Positions 51,031-64,000 of a stretch of DNA of 64,000 bases are shown piece after piece. The stretch's first letter is position 1; each line of letters opens with the position of its first letter. Made by a program: the position numbers and the translations under genes. The DNA comes from Sphyrna mokarran (Eukaryota), in assembly GCA_024679065.1 (NCBI GenBank), contig JAGIQG010000015.1, forward strand, positions 28,210,001 to 28,274,000, given 5' to 3'. The notes under the pieces are model-generated. The model did not search any database, had not been told where the DNA came from, and saw only the letters and a list, made by a program, of their open reading frames with translations.

Positions 51031-52039
51031 AGTGACAGAATTGAAGTATCAGTGGGAATATGCAAACCTCCAATCTATCTATGCAACCTTACAGGCACCA
51101 CATGTCCACAGGAATGCTCGAGAGAGAAACTGGGGTCAATATTATTTCCTGCATCTTCTATTCTGCTGTGAGAATACATACAAGTGAAAATATTGATCTT
51201 CAGGAAACTATTAAGTAACTTGACCCAAAGATACCATGCAGATGACTCATCTAAGCATATTTACTGCTGGTTCTTGCCAAGCCCTTGGACAATCTTGCAT
51301 CTTTCATTACTTACATGCATGCCCATACTCCAAAAACAACATAGAATTGAAACAATTGGCAGACTAATATCTTAGAAAGATTTCATGTACAAATTATTAT
51401 GCATCATGCAGATAGGTTTTGTTGCAATCAGTTACTGACTCAAAAGATGAACTTCTGGTTTGTTGCATTTTTCACAGTACGTGCTTATTCACTTTATGGC
51501 ATCTCATGACCACTTCTTTGCTTGCAAAAGCAAATATGCTTAATTCAGTAAACAGGCCTGAACTTGAGGAAGATCAGAAACTTCAAGCACTGAGGTTTCT
51601 TCAAGTACCTTATCTACGAGAGCTTATAGGAAGTAAGGACGGTGAAGCGAGAGATCTGATCATATATGATGCTATCTATTCCCGATAGGCATGAATTGCT
51701 TGAATGCTCAGAATATTTTTTAAAAAATGGACGCGTTAAAATAAATGTCCTTGAAGTAGTCCCTGCAATTTTCTTTCATTGGATTAAATGGAAAATTATA
51801 TTTTGCACATCAAGTTGCTGTCATTTGGAATGTACTGAAAGGACACGGGAAGCAGATTCAATAATAATTTTCAAAAGGGGAAATGAATATAAATTTGAAA
51901 AAGAAAGATTTATGGACTACTATGGATGAAGCAGGTGGGAGTTGAGCTGATTGGAAATCTCTTTCGAAGAGCTGACACAGGCACAATGGACTGAATGGTT
52001 CCTTTCTGTGCTGATTGATTACACAACTACCTTGACTAG

Positions 52040-52686
52040 GCAGTCAAGTCGAGAAGGTTGTTAAGAAGGCATATGGAGTCTTGGCTTTTATTGGTAGGGG
52101 GATTGAATTTCGGAGCCGCAACGTCATGTTGCAACTGTACAAAACTCTAGTGCGGCCGCACTTGGAGTATTGTGTGCAGTTCTGGTCCCCACATTATAAG
52201 AAAGATGTGGAGGCATTGGAGAGGGTACAGAGGAGGTTTACCAGGATGTTGCCTGGTATGGAGGGCAGGTCTTATGAAGAGAGGCTGAGGGATTTGAGGT
52301 TGTTTTCGTTAGAAAGGAGGCGGCTAAGAGGGGACCTAATCGAAACATATAAGATGATTAGAGGTTTAGATAGGGTGGACAGTGATAGCCTTTTTCCTAG
52401 GATGGAGAAAGCTAGCACGAGGGGACACAGCTTTAAATTAAGGGGTGATAGTTATAGGACGGATATCAGAGGTAGGTTCTTTACCCAAAGGGTGGTTCGG
52501 GAGTGGAATGCCCTGCCTGCAGCAGTTGTAGATGCGCCAAGTTTGGTGGCGTTTAAGAGGTTAGTTGATAAGTATATGGAAGAGAAGGGAATGGTTTAGT
52601 TTGGAGGGGCATTGCTTTTTATATTGGTCGGCGCAACATCGAAGGCCGAAGGGCCTGTTCTGTGCTGTAATGTTCTATGTTCTATT
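52040..52686 (+). mobile_element. Young CR1/HER1-like LINE, 5'-truncated (subfamily A)
   Basis: 172-aa ORF nearly identical to the C-terminus encoded by 32449-33985; (atgttct)n tail. Confidence 0.95.
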
Positions 52687-53502
52687 CCCTGTGATAAAGC
52701 ACTCTTTCACTCTTGTCATTGACTCCAAATGGAGCAAATGGTCTTCTCTACTCCCTCTGAACAAATCCTTTTTATATATTTTTTTAGAAGCTGTATCTTA
52801 GCTCACCTCTCAGCTTCTCTACTTGAGTGGAAGTAGTTCACTCAACTGTCTCTTTATCAGTATAATTTCTAATCCTTAAAGTTGCCCTTGTTACATTTCT
52901 CTTTATTTAATTCTAATCATCAGTCATCTGATTCTTTTCATCTTGTGTGTGAACTGTTGTTTGAGTATGAAGGATTGTTTGCTGTCTAGAAATCAAGCTT
53001 ATCTATTTATTGTTGGTCATATTTGAGGAATCATGAATAAAAGTTGTACATGGAAATTATTATCTTATTCTGAGACAAATAACCATTTTAAGTGATTATT
53101 GAGGGCTGTATAATTGAGATTTACATGAAAATAAAATTTTAAGACTGAATTCAAATGGTTATAGCTTTATTTTGTTTAGTGAGTTTGATTACGAATAGGG
53201 AAACTTATATGAAAGAGAAGCTGACTATGTATTGGATTAAAATGCCATAACTTAATGACCTATGTTAAATTAATGACCTGTATTTATTAATTTTAACTTG
53301 TTAGTTTAGCTTACTTCTTTCAGCTCATCCCTGTGATGTTGCCAATTTGATATCTGAACAAGTATCTTCAAATTGGAAACTGAAATGAACAAATTAAGTG
53401 CATACTTTTCTCCGTAACTGATTGTTAGAACAGTTTATTAATATAGAAAGATAATATGGATAATTACAATTTTTTAAAAATATGCTGGGTTTACCGTTGC
53501 AG

Positions 53503-53681
53503 CAAAACTTACTGAAGTTGGCAGATTTTGGTTCCTGTAGGAGTGTCTTCTCAAAGCAGCCATATACAGAATATATTTCCACTCGATGGTATCGAGCCCC
53601 AGAATGCCTTCTTACAGATGGGTACTACAGTTTCAAAATGGACATCTGGAGCATGGGTTGTGTATTTTATGAAATAACAAG
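53503..53681 (+). CDS. MOK: MOK exon 7 (DFG, TEY activation loop, APE)
   Basis: cag|[61 protein letters not shown]|gtgaag, 179 nt. No later exon found in the window. Confidence 0.97.
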
Positions 53682-53984
53682 GTGAAGTTCAAACTCTACT
53701 ATCACAGAAACATTATTTGCTGTCATTGAAAAATGTCCATCTCTTTGAACTATTTATCCGACAGCTGAAAATTGTACATTTAGTTAATCCAAATAATAGC
53801 TTAGGGGATCCCTAATTATGAATTTTTAATTCATGGTTTTAACAATTTTCAAGTTTGCCTATTTAACCTGTTATTAACATTACTTAAAAATCATAAACTA
53901 CAGTGCCACCTTCAGGTCAGTGCAACATGTAGACATGCTTGTTTAGTGGCTATGAAAGTTATTTAGCTTTTGGGAAATGCAATT

Positions 53985-54890
53985 CAAACAAAGGACAAAA
54001 GTAGTACAGCACAGGAACCGCCACTTTGGCTCACCAAGCCTGCACTGACGTACAAAGCCTTTCTAAAATGAAGACCATTAGCCTCTATTTGGCCCATATC
54101 CCTGTATTCCTCCCTATTCGTGTAACTGTCAGGATGCTTCTTAAACATTCCCATTGTATCTGCTTCTACCACATTCTCTAGGAGCATATTCTCAGGCATT
54201 TATTAGCCTTCCCCCCTTTTACCTTAAATTATGTTCCCTAATAATTGATAATTCTACCTTCGGGGGTGGGGGGAGGCTCTGAGTATCTATTCTATCCAAG
54301 CCTCTCATAATTTTGTAGACTTCTTTCAGGTTGCCTCTCAGTCTCTGATGTTCAGGTGCAAATAAACGAAGTTTGTCCAATCTCTCCTTGTAGCTATACC
54401 CTCCAAACCAGGCAATATCCTGGCAAACCTTTTCTGTACCCTTTCTAAAACTTCCACATCCTTCTGGTAGTATGGCGACCAGAACTGTATGCAATATTCC
54501 AAATGTGGAGTAACCAAAGTCCTGTACAGCTCCAACATGATTTGCCAATTTTTATACTCTGTGCCCTGACTGATGAAGGCCTTCTTATTCACCTTATCCA
54601 TTTGTGTTACGACTTTCAGGGAATTATAGATCCATGTGCCAGGAACCCTCTGTATTTAATGCTTCTAAGGGTTTGCTTACTATATACTTCCCTCCTGCAT
54701 TTGTGTTTGCACCTTGTGTTTGTTCAGATTAAATTCCATCTGCCACTTTTCTGCCCAAGTCTCCAACATATCTTTATTTTGCTCTGTCTTCTGACAATCC
54801 TCCTCACTACCTGCAGCTTCCTCAATCTTTGTATCATTTGCAAACTTACTAACAGACCACCTACATTCTCCTCAAAATCATTTACATGTG
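53985..54890 (-). mobile_element. CR1-like LINE 3' part, degraded
   Basis: HLEYCIQFWSPYYQKDVEVLERVQKRF. Confidence 0.9.
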
Positions 54891-55155
54891 GCCTCCTTCA
54901 GCAGCCTCCTCCAGCCTTGTAAACCATTCCCTCCCAAACTGCATGTTCATCTGACCTTTTGTAATCCCCTACCTTTCTTTGACCCACCACTCATAGTCAT
55001 GTCTTCAGTTGGGCTCCATGCACTGAAATTCTCTCCCTAAACTTCTCCACTTCTTAACCTCCATGTCTTCCTTTTAAGACCCTCCTTGACTTATTGCAAT
55101 TTTTAAGGATGGTCATCATATTAGTCTGTTTCAAAACTGCTGGTACTTTCTGTAT

Positions 55156-55345
55156 GTGGAAATGCCGGTATTGGACTGCGGTAAACATAGTAAGAAGTAT
55201 CACAACAGCAGGTTAAAGCCCAACAGGTTTATTTGGTAGCAAAAGCCACTAGCTTTTGGGCTGAAGGGTCAGAGCCTGAAAGCTAGTGGCTTTTGCTACT
55301 GAATAAACCTGATGGATTTTAACCTGGTATTGTGAAACTTCTTAC
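55156..55345. mobile_element. Miniature Penelope-derived hairpin element with a one-sided tail and 14-bp TSD
   Basis: GGTACTTTCTGTAT at 55142-55155 and 55346-55359; inverted arms ~55190-55262 and ~55273-55345; tail 55156-55189 homologous to 20387-20428. Confidence 0.85.
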
Positions 55346-55724
55346 GGTACTTTCTGTATCCATTGACTAGATAATGATTGTCAACACCTCATAAATTTCC
55401 TCCTTAGTGTCTCTTAGCTTTCTTTGATAAATATGTTCCATCCAAGGGGATTAATTGGTTTTCAAATCTTTTAAACCTAATTTAGGACTTTTATCTTTTT
55501 TATTTAAAGATCATTCATTTTGCCCTGCGCTGTGTGTGTATGAAAGAGGTGGCCTTGTGAATACTTGGAGAAAGAAATTATTCAGAATATTAAATTTCCT
55601 CAGTTTCAGGTTCATTTGTTCAAATACTGTAAATATCTTTTACTGTTATGATTTGTCTCTGCAGCAATTCTTCTTTCTAGGCTTCTGTTGCCTCCTTTGA
55701 TTATTGTTAACATATTGCTGCATA

Positions 55725-56150
55725 GAATCATTGAATAATGTAGCATAGAAGAAGACCATCTGGCCCATCATGCCTATGTTAACTCTCTGAAAGAACTAAC
55801 TAATTCCTCCAATTTCTTTACTATTTCCCCATACCATTGCAAATTTTCATCTTGAAGAATTTATACAATTCCCTTTTGAAAGTTATTATTGAATCTTGCA
55901 CAAGATTTCAGACGGTACATTCCAGATCACGATAACTCTGTAGGAAAAATTGTTTTCCTTCTTGCCTGTTGTTCTTTTGCCAATTACCTTTAAATCTGTG
56001 TCCTCTATTTATTGACTTTTCTACAACTGGAAACAATTTCTCCTTACTTAATCCATCAAAATGTTTCAAGATTTGAACATCACTATCAAATCTTCCTTTG
56101 GCATTTGCTCTAAGGAGGACAATCCCAGTTTCTCTAGCTTTTCATATGTT
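55725..56150 (-). mobile_element. Degraded CR1 3' end
   Basis: Similar to 9770-10150 and 57960-58350. Confidence 0.6.
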
Positions 56151-56429
56151 CCTCATAACAAATTTCTTTCCTTTTGTTGCATAATTTGTAGATGTTATTT
56201 TTCCTTTGTGTTCCTCTTTTAATTTATTGGTTTATCTGTTTAGGATCTTGCTTGTTAGTTTGTGCTCACTTGTCTAATTGTATTATTATCTTGCATGTTC
56301 AGCATTATGCTTTTAAAGATGTTCTATATACCCTCCATTGGAATGATCTTGAATGACACTGCAATCCACTTTCTCCAGTTGTTTATTCATTTTTTGGAAG
56401 TTAACTCTTTTTAAAAGTAATATTAGAAG

Positions 56430-57080
56430 TTAGGCTGTTTGCTGACGATTGCATGTTATTCTGTTCCACTCATAACTCCTCAGAAAATGAAGCAGTCAAT
56501 GCTCAATTGCGGCAAGATCTAGAAACAAAGTTGAATTGAAAACTGGCAAGTAATATTCACACTATACAAGTACCAGGCAATAATCATCTCAACAAGAGAA
56601 TCTAATCACTTTCCCTCGGTATCCCTTGTTGAATCCCACACCATTAACTTTCAGAAACTTAATTGGATCAGCCGTGTACATACTGTGACTGCCACAGCAG
56701 ACCAGAAGTTGGATACTCTTTGCCGAGTGAATAAACGCCTTCCTAACAACTACAAGATAGAAGACAAGAGTGTGTATGAATATCCCCCACTTGCCTGATT
56801 GAGTGCAGTTCCTTGGCCCGCAGGGAAGCTTGACACCATCCAAGTCAAAATATTCCTTCTTGATTTGTTCCCTATTACTTTAAATATTCACTTCCTTCAC
56901 CACCAGCACATTGTGGCTGCAGTGTTAACCATCCAAAATGCTCTATAGCAACTCACCAAGGCTGCTGGCACACCAGCTTACAAATCCATTCAGCGTAACT
57001 CCTACATCTAGCTTGCTAGTGGCAGTGAATGTATGGAAACATGATCACCTGCAATTTGCCCTCCAAGTTAACACTGTCCC
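56430..57080 (+). mobile_element. Old CR1/L2-like LINE 3' part
   Basis: EVRLFADDCMLF RT motif; antisense counterpart of 60100-60700. Confidence 0.65.
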
Positions 57081-57959
57081 TTAGTGTTAAGATTTCTACT
57101 TGTTGTAGTTGTTCAGGTCATTTATGAATATCAGGTCAGTATGAGCATTGCCTCTTGTTGCTGTTTTATGGTACTGAGTCTTATATTAGATGTGCATTAT
57201 GCTAACCACCTTTGGCCCTCAATAATTTGGATTCTCCCAATTTATATTTGGTGATAAATTACACTGAAAAGTAGTGCTTATTTTTAAGAAAGCAAAATTT
57301 ATGATTCAAAATTTATGAGTAATATGTCACCAATCTACTTAAATCTGTATTTAGATGCGATCAATAAAAATACATTGTATTTTAAATTTGTATGAATGAA
57401 ATTTTAAATAATATTTTACTGAACATGTATATCCATATATATCTGAATGCAATAAACATATAACTTAATGCCATAATCTCCTATTTCCATAAATCCTGTT
57501 CAGCTATTTTATTCCACTTTTTCCTGACTCAACAGGAGAAAATTGCACAGCCTAGAAATTCTATTTCAAGGTTGTATTGAATGTGGATGTGTGCCAGAGA
57601 ACTGAAGAGTGGTCAATGCAGCACCCGTTATTTAAAAAGGCAATGGAGTTAATCTGGGTAATTACAGGCAGGTTAGCTTCTGCAATTGAGGAAATTTCAG
57701 AGATTTTAGTGAAACATGTCCACCTGTTGAGAGGAGAATGGGAAACTGAATTCAAATTGGTCAGACAAGGGAAAACTGAGCAGAATTAGGAACAGTTTTC
57801 ATTGTGGTTGAAAAAGGGTCTCCCACAGGGTGTTCTCTTAATCAAGCTAATCAGTGATTTGGTGTAGCTGTACAGACAGTGGTGTCAAAATTTGCAGCTT
57901 ACTACAAAATAGGTATAGTTCATTATTTTAAAAATAACATATAAAGTTACAAAGGGATA

Positions 57960-60900
57960 TTCATAGAGTGATGACAGCACAGAAGGAAGCTATCGTGTTG
58001 TGCTTGCTCTTGTATGAGCAATGACCCAGTCCCACTCTCCTGCCTTTTCCCTATAGTCCTGCATTTTTTTTATCTTTTTACAATTATCTAATTATTTCTG
58101 AAAACCACAATTGAATTTGCCTCCATCTCCCTCTCAGACAATGCACTCCAGATTCCTGCCATTTGCCACTCACCTATAATCCATGCCCTCTTGGGTCTTC
58201 AATGAACAGGAACAGTTTCTCCCCACCTTTTCTGTACAGACTTGTCATGATTTTGAACCCTTTCTTTCAAATTTCCTCTTCCTTAAGGAAAACAATCCTT
58301 CTCTCTGGAACCATTCTTGTAACTCTTTCTTGTGCCCTATCCAATACTTCCACATCCCCTTCTTAAAGTGTGTGCCTAGAACAAGACTCACTAGTTTTTA
58401 TCCAAGTTTATAATGACTTCCTTGCTTTCATACTGTATGACCTAGATATAAAGTTCGGTTTTCTGTATGCTTTATTAACTGCTTTAGCAGATGCTTTGCC
58501 ACTTTCACTGATTTGTGCACCTAATTCCCCAATTCCCTCTACTCCTTATTTTCTATTGCTTTTCCATTCTTTCTACCGAAATAAATTATTTACACTTTGC
58601 TGCATTAAATTTTATCTGTCATATGTTCTTGCATTCTACTTGCCTGTTTATATCCTCTTGACATTTTTCACAATCCTTCGTGCAGTTTATAATACTGCCA
58701 GGTTTGTGTGACTTGCAAATTTTAAGATTGCGTCCTGTACATTCAAGACTAGATCAGTAATAATTAGGAGATCTTAGGGTCTTAACTCTCTAGTGATAAC
58801 GTACACCTTCCTAAACTCCAAAAAACAACCATTCACCACTACTCTCAGTTTCCTGTCACGTACCCATGTTGCTATTTCATAAAATTAGCTTAGCTGACAA
58901 GCAGGTTATGTAACACTTCAATAACTATCTTTTTGGAAGTCCATGTACATCACATCAGCAACATTATCCATATCAATCTTCTCTGTTACTTCATCAAAAA
59001 AACTCAATTTGATTAAATATTATTTTCTCTTAGCAAATCCATGCTGGCTTTCCATAATTAATCTAAATATGTCCAAGTGATTGTTAGTGGTGGAAACAAT
59101 AATTTAGAACAAAACTGAGGTTAAACTGACTGGCACCATAGTGTGGGCTCATCATCTTGGACAACATACTTGTATCTAAGGAGAAATGGATGATGATAGC
59201 CAGTGCCTCCAGAATTTCCACCCTTACATCCCTCAGTATCTTTCCTTTGATGCATCTCACCTGATTCTGATGACTCACCAACTTTAAGTACAGTCAGCCA
59301 AGCTAGCGCTGCTTTACCATTCTTTAATTCATCCAATGTTTCAATTGCCTCTCAATTGACTTGGACAGCATCATTTTCCTTGGTAAAGATACAATACAAA
59401 GTACTCATTTAATACTTTAATCATGCCCCCTGCCTGCCTCCATGTGTAAGTCCCCATTTAGGCCCATAATCAGCCTCACTTCTCCTTTTTAACACCCTTT
59501 TACTATTTATATGCCAACAAAAGACTTTGGATTCCCCCTTATGTTAGTTGCCAGTCCATTCTCATGCTCTCTCTTTGCCTCTGTCATTTATTTTGTCACT
59601 TCCTCTCTGATCCTTCTGTATTTAGCCTGGTTCTTACTTGTATTACCCATCTGACATGTTTCATATGCACTTTTTTCACCCTCTATCTCTTGCATCTTTC
59701 AGGGTGTTCTAGATGTGTTGCCCTATCTTTTTCCCCTTGTGGAAATGTATCTTGACCCTATCCAAGTATTGCCTCTTTAAAAGTATCCCATTGTTTTACT
59801 TCTCAATCTTTTGATGCCAATTTACCTGTATTTTCATTCCACTGAAGTTGATCCTCCCCAATTAATTATTTTTACCATGGATTGAAGTGTAGCTTTTCCA
59901 TAGCCAGTTTCTTAATGTTCATTCATGGTATATGGGTGTCACTGGCTAGGCCAGCATTTATTACCCATCCCTAGTTGCCCCTTGAGAAGTGGTGGTGAGT
60001 TGTCTTTTGAACCATTGCAGCCCATTTGGTACATCCATAGTGCTGTTAGGATGTTTAAAGCTTTTGATGTGATGACAATGAAGGAAAAAAGTCAGGATAG
60101 TGTATGGTTTAGGTGTGACCTTGCAGATGGTGGTGTCCCATGTGTTTCCTGCCCTTATTCTTGTAGATAATAGCGGTCTTAGGTTTAGAAGATGCCATCT
60201 GCGAAGTCTTGGTGAGTTCCTGCAGTGCATCTTGGTGGGGTGCCAATCAATGCTTTGTCATTGGCATTGAACGTTTTGAGTGTTGTTAGAACTGCATTCA
60301 CCTCAGTAAGTAGAGAGTATTCCATCTGTGTCTTTTTCGATGGTGCACAGACTTTGTGGAGTTAGGATTCCTAGTCTCTAACCTACTCTAGTAGCCACAG
60401 TATTTACATGGGTTGGCTGGTTCAGTTTTTCATCAGTGGTAACGCCATTGAATATCATGGGGTGATGGTTAGATTCTCACTGCTTCACTGTCTGGTATTT
60501 GTGTGTCACCAAATGTTACTTGCCACTTCTCAGCCCAATCCTTGATATTGTCCAGGTCCTAATGCATTTGGACATTGACTGCTTCAGTAACTGTGGAGTT
60601 GCAAATGGTGCGAATTGTTTTTGTTATTAAGGAGTTGCAAATGGTGCTGAACATTGTGCAATTATCAGCGAACATGCCCACTTCTGACCTTATGATGAAA
60701 GGAAGATCATTGATGAAGCAGCTGAAAATGGCTAGGATACTATCCTGAGGAACCTCTGCGGCAATGTCCTGAATTGATATGCTTGACCTCCAAAAACCAC
60801 AACTTTCTTCCTCAGTGCTAGGTATAACTCCAACCAGCAGAGAGGTTTCCCTACGATTCTCAATGACTCCAGTTCTGCCATACTCAATCAAATGCTGTCT

Positions 60901-62900
60901 TGATGTCAAGGGCAGTCACTCTCACTTCATCTCTGGAGTTCAGCTCTATTATTCATGTTTGGACCAAGGCTATAATGAGGTCAGGAGCTAAATGACCTGG
61001 CAAAATCCAAACTGCATGTTAGTGAGCAGGTTACTGCTTAAAAAGTGCTGCTTGATAGATAACCCCTTCCATCACTTAGTAGATAGATAGGGTGGTATGT
61101 GACCAGGTTGGGTTTTCCTATTCTTTGTGTACAGGACATACCTGCGCAACTTTTCACAATGCTGGGCCAGTGCCAGTGTTATAACTGCATTAGAACAACT
61201 TGGCTAAGGACACAGTTAGTTCTAGAGCACAAGTCTTCAGTACTATTGCTCGAATATTGTCTGAGCCCATAGCCTTTTCAGGGTTCAGTCACGTGAAGTG
61301 AGCTCATATCACATGAAGTGAGTTCATATCACGTGAAGTGAGCTCATATCACGTGAAGTGAATCAATTTGGCTGAACACTGGCATCGGTGTTGCTAGGGA
61401 CTTCTGGAGGAGGCCAAGATGGACCAACCACTTGGCATTTCTGGCTGAAAATGGTTGCAAATGCTTCATTAGAACTTTATCAGTTCATTCAGTAGTGTTG
61501 CTATCAAGAAGCTCTTGGTGATGGACAACTTACCATCAAGTGCTGTTGACCATGGAAGAGCACTGATTCATCAAGCGAGGGAGAGGGTGGTGCATGATAA
61601 TCAGCAGGAGGGTACCTTACCCATGTTTGTTCTGACAAAACTTAATAGGGTCTAAAGTCGATGTAGAGGGCTCCCAGGGCAATTTGCTCCCAACTGTATA
61701 CCATTCTGCCACCAACTCTGCTGAATCTATCCTGCTGGTGGGACAGGATATACCTAGCATAGATTATGCCGTCTGGACATATTCTATAAGACATGATTCC
61801 ATCAATATAACTGTCAGGTTGTTGCCTAACTCATCTGTCAGACAGCTCTCCCAAAGTAAGGTGGACTTTTGAGTTTGCTGTTGCTGAGTAGTCCATTGGT
61901 TTCATTCTTTTTAGTTTCTTAGCCATTTGATTGTGGCATGGCTTGCCAAGGCTTTTTCAGAGAACATTTAAGAATCAAGCACATTGCTGTGATTCAGGAA
62001 TCACCTGTAGGCTAGAGCAGGTAAGGACAGCAAATTTGCTTCCCTAAAGGGCATCAGTGAACCAAATTGATTTTTACAAGAGCTGACAATGGTTTCATGG
62101 ACATCATTAGACTTTTAATTCCAGATTTTGTACTCAATTCAAATTTCACTTTCTGCTATGTTGGGATTCAAACCTGGGTTCCCTGAGCGTTACTTTGGGT
62201 CTCTGGATTACTGGTCCAGTGACAATACCGCTTTGCGACATGCTACCATCTCCCCACCTGAACCTTTTGATACTATTATTGCTATTCCCTAAATGTTCTG
62301 CTACTAACACTTTATTAATTTGACTCATCTCATTCCATAGAACCAGATCCAACAAAGTCTCCTTTATCATTGTTCTATCTCAGTTTGTTTCTGGTCCATC
62401 CTTGTGAACACATTCTTGGAATTCCTGCCCCTCTCTGTCTTTTATACAATTGATATCTTAGTTTTTATAAGGGATAATTAAAGCCTCTCCCTCCCCCATT
62501 CTGACTACTCTGTAGTTATTGCACTTTCCTGTAATTTTCTTGCAAATTTATTCCTCTATTGTTAGTCTTTAGAATACATCCAGCAATATAATGCTAACAC
62601 TATCGTTTCTCAGCTACAACGAAAAAAATTCGGGCCTTGACATTTCTAGGACATCCTGTCTCTTTAGTGTTGCACTGTTCTTCTTCATCAATACTGCTAC
62701 CCTTCATTTCTTTCCTTCCCTATATTTTGTGGAAAACTTGTTTCCAGGAATAGTTAGTACTTGGATTTTTTTTTTAAACCAGGTCTCTGATATCACCACG
62801 TCATTTCCATATGGCTATCTGCACTGGCAGCTCACCAGCCTTACCTGTCACACCCTTCCTACATTCACATACATGCATAGGAAACCTAATTTAGACAATA
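57960..62900 (-). mobile_element. Degraded CR1-like LINE (57960-59900, 62250-62900) split by an old LINE (59925-61860) and a SINE (61960-62240)
   Basis: Remnants VEILEALAII, EVGMFADNCTMF and LLDLVLWNE; tRNA-like head gggattcaaacctgggttcc near 62165. Confidence 0.7.
61289..61360 (+). repeat. 20-bp tandem repeat x~3.5 (TCACGTGAAGTGAGCTCATA)
   Basis: Directly visible; three copies retain CACGTG. Confidence 0.9.
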
Positions 62901-62911
62901 TTACATTCCCT

Positions 62912-63090
62912 CTATGGGGAGAGAATAGAGCTGACATTTTGAATCAGGATAACCTTTTGTCAGGGCTGAGCATCCTTGTTCAAAATTTAAGCTCTATTTG
63001 CTCCCCACAATGCTGTCAGACCTGCTAAGATTTTCCAGCATTCCCTGTTTTTGTTTCCCATTCTACATCTGCAGTATTTTGCTTCTATGT
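62912..63090. mobile_element. Family-B Penelope-like hairpin with a tail
   Basis: tatggggagagaatagagct...ttttgaa pairs with ttcaaaa...agctctatttgctccccaca, followed by ...catctgcagtattttgctt. Confidence 0.55.
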
Positions 63091-63309
63091 AATTACATTC
63101 CCTCTTATTCTGACTGCATATACTTTAATATTTCCTGCCCCAGTGTTATCTGATTTTCCCAATTCCCTGAACAGCTTGGCTTTCCTCTCTAGAATTTCCT
63201 GTCTAGGATGCCACCTGGTTCCCACACTGTGCCATGTTACTTTAAATCCTTTCTAGTACTACTAACAAATTGACTCGCAAGCACACTGTGCAACCTATCC
63301 AACCTTCAC

Positions 63310-63930
63310 ACGCATTCTAAGTATCATTGTGCACTTTAAACTAGCATTCAATAGTACAAGAATAAAGAATTCTTGCTGCAATTGTTCATGTTCAGGGCTT
63401 TGATGCAATTACATTTGGAGTAAGGTGGGTAGTTTTGATCTTGCATTGAAAGCATTACAACAAAAGTTATTGTAGATTGGTCCTGGAATAAGAGAGTTGT
63501 CCTATGATGAGAAGCTGAGTAAATTGGCTCTATGTTCTCTGGAGTTCAGAAGAGTGAGAGATGATCTCATTGAAACATGTAAAATTCTCAAGGGCTTGAC
63601 AGAGTAGACACTGAGAAGATGTTTCCACTGGTGGGGGAATCTAGAATATGGGGGCACAGACTTAGGATAACAAGTTGGTCATTTAGAACTGAGATGAGGA
63701 GAAACTTCTTAATTCAGAGTTGTGAATCTTTGAAATTCTTCATCCCAGAGAGTTGATCATTTACTATATTTAAAGATTGGGTAAATAGATTTTTGGTCTC
63801 TCAGGAAATCAAAGGATGTGGAAACTTGGCAGGAAAACAATGTTGAAGCTCAAGATAAGCAATGATCGCATTGAATGGCCCAGCATGCTCTATATAACCA
63901 TATTGTTTACTCCTGCTTCTCTCCTTCCTG
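63310..63930 (+). mobile_element. Degraded CR1 3' part
   Basis: gatctcattgaaacatgtaaaattct, gagatgaggagaaacttctt and the 3' motif actcctgcttct. Confidence 0.8.
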
Positions 63931-64000
63931 TTCTGGTATAAAGCACCTTATTTTTCCTCATGTCTGAATAATGGATACTTCCCAAGTTTGTACTCAGAGT

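Noticed and set aside
1-64000. Prokaryotic systems such as CRISPR arrays, operons or defence islands
   Set aside because: The DNA is intron-containing vertebrate sequence; no repeat-spacer arrays or dense ORFs are present.
53682-64000. MOK exon 8 (expected LxPLFPGxNELDQI)
   Set aside because: No matching sequence was found by eye; it probably lies beyond the window.

Overview
Eukaryotic genomic DNA, very likely from a shark: it has HE1/V-type SINEs, HER1/CR1-type LINEs, and vertebrate GT-AG gene structure. Two conserved genes are arranged divergently. The first coding exon of NEMF lies on the minus strand (137-192). Coding exons 1-7 of the ciliary kinase MOK lie on the plus strand (31659-53681), with an RFX X-box in the promoter; the gene continues past the window. 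Most of the rest is transposon-derived: young and old CR1-like LINEs, RTE and Tx1-like remnants, a decayed Gypsy pol, LTR-like repeats, SINEs and a MITE-like element. The most notable structures are (1) Penelope-like (GIY-YIG) palindromic elements with 14-bp target-site duplications, a one-sided tail and hammerhead-ribozyme-like cores (19364-20442, and a miniature at 55142-55359), (2) a possible unannotated small multi-exon gene between NEMF and MOK built from phase-1 exons, and (3) a ~300-bp inverted duplication upstream of NEMF. Repeat boundaries are read by eye and approximate; family names come from motif recognition, not database searches.
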